A stretch of 63,076 bases of DNA, counting the filler, from Folioceros fuciformis (lineage: Eukaryota): assembly GCA_049999805.1 (NCBI GenBank). It is 5 parts of 4 records of this genome, joined end to end, with 100 filler letters (N's around TTAATTAATTAA, not from the genome) between each part and the next. Parts side by side here need not be neighbours in the genome. Positions count along the whole stretch, not along the records: positions 61,008 to 63,076 come from JBNGIO010006122.1; 4 more parts are not named here. The stretch is one strand, 5' to 3'. The first letter of the stretch is position 1; the number at the start of each line of letters is the position of its first letter. The notes below the pieces were generated by a model that saw nothing but the letters and a program-made list of their open reading frames with translations, made no database searches and was not told the origin of the DNA. A program made the translations under genes and the position numbers. Positions 62,690 to 63,076 of the stretch are shown one piece after another.

Positions 62690-63076
62690 TTTCGAAAAGC
62701 CTTGGAGGATGCCTTTGAATAGAAGCTCTTCTATATGTAATTGAAGGTTCTATTTTCTAATTTCAATTAATTTTGTAGAGATAAAATTTAAAAAAAAGTA
62801 TTTAAAATTATTTTATATTGAATATTAATCCAGTCCAACATTGTATGGAATTAGGTCTAGGATAAAGAGAATAGAAGCAATAGAAGGACACATGGATTGT
62901 CAACCAAACATGAAGAAGAGAATGTATTGAATGTTATGTTGTAATATATTGATAATGTACAAAATTGTGATATTTATTTAAAATCTCCAAAAGAAGATGG
63001 AAGCTTGATTGTTTAGGCTGTGGATGCTGTGCGTGTGGGTGGATGGGTTTTCTATTGTCTATACTTGAGCTAAATA

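Overview
Eukaryotic nuclear DNA, most likely from a seed-free land plant (inferred from compact genes with ~80-100 bp introns, plant-type SCC2 with a PHD finger, and a cilia-associated gene). It is a draft scaffold with seven 100-bp gaps, four of which carry an artificial TTAATTAATTAA linker. Host genes are SCC2/NIPBL (-), a fused NUP98-NUP96 precursor (+), an ARIADNE RBR E3 ligase (-) head-to-head with eIF2D (+), a partial TEX47/MOT7(DYBLUP)-like gene and a lone OB-fold ORF. Nested LTR-retrotransposon clusters lie at 1-3.6 kb, 13.8-32.7 kb and 44.9-52.8 kb. Two observations stand out. (1) A decayed Ty3/gypsy-like element at the left edge has a polyprotein reading gag - zinc knuckle - aspartic protease - C5 DNA cytosine methyltransferase. 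(2) Three related Ty1/copia elements each carry an extra ORF, which I do not recognise, starting 'tgcaATGCC' about 30 nt after the PBS and upstream of gag. All family assignments come from reading motifs by eye; no database searches were run.
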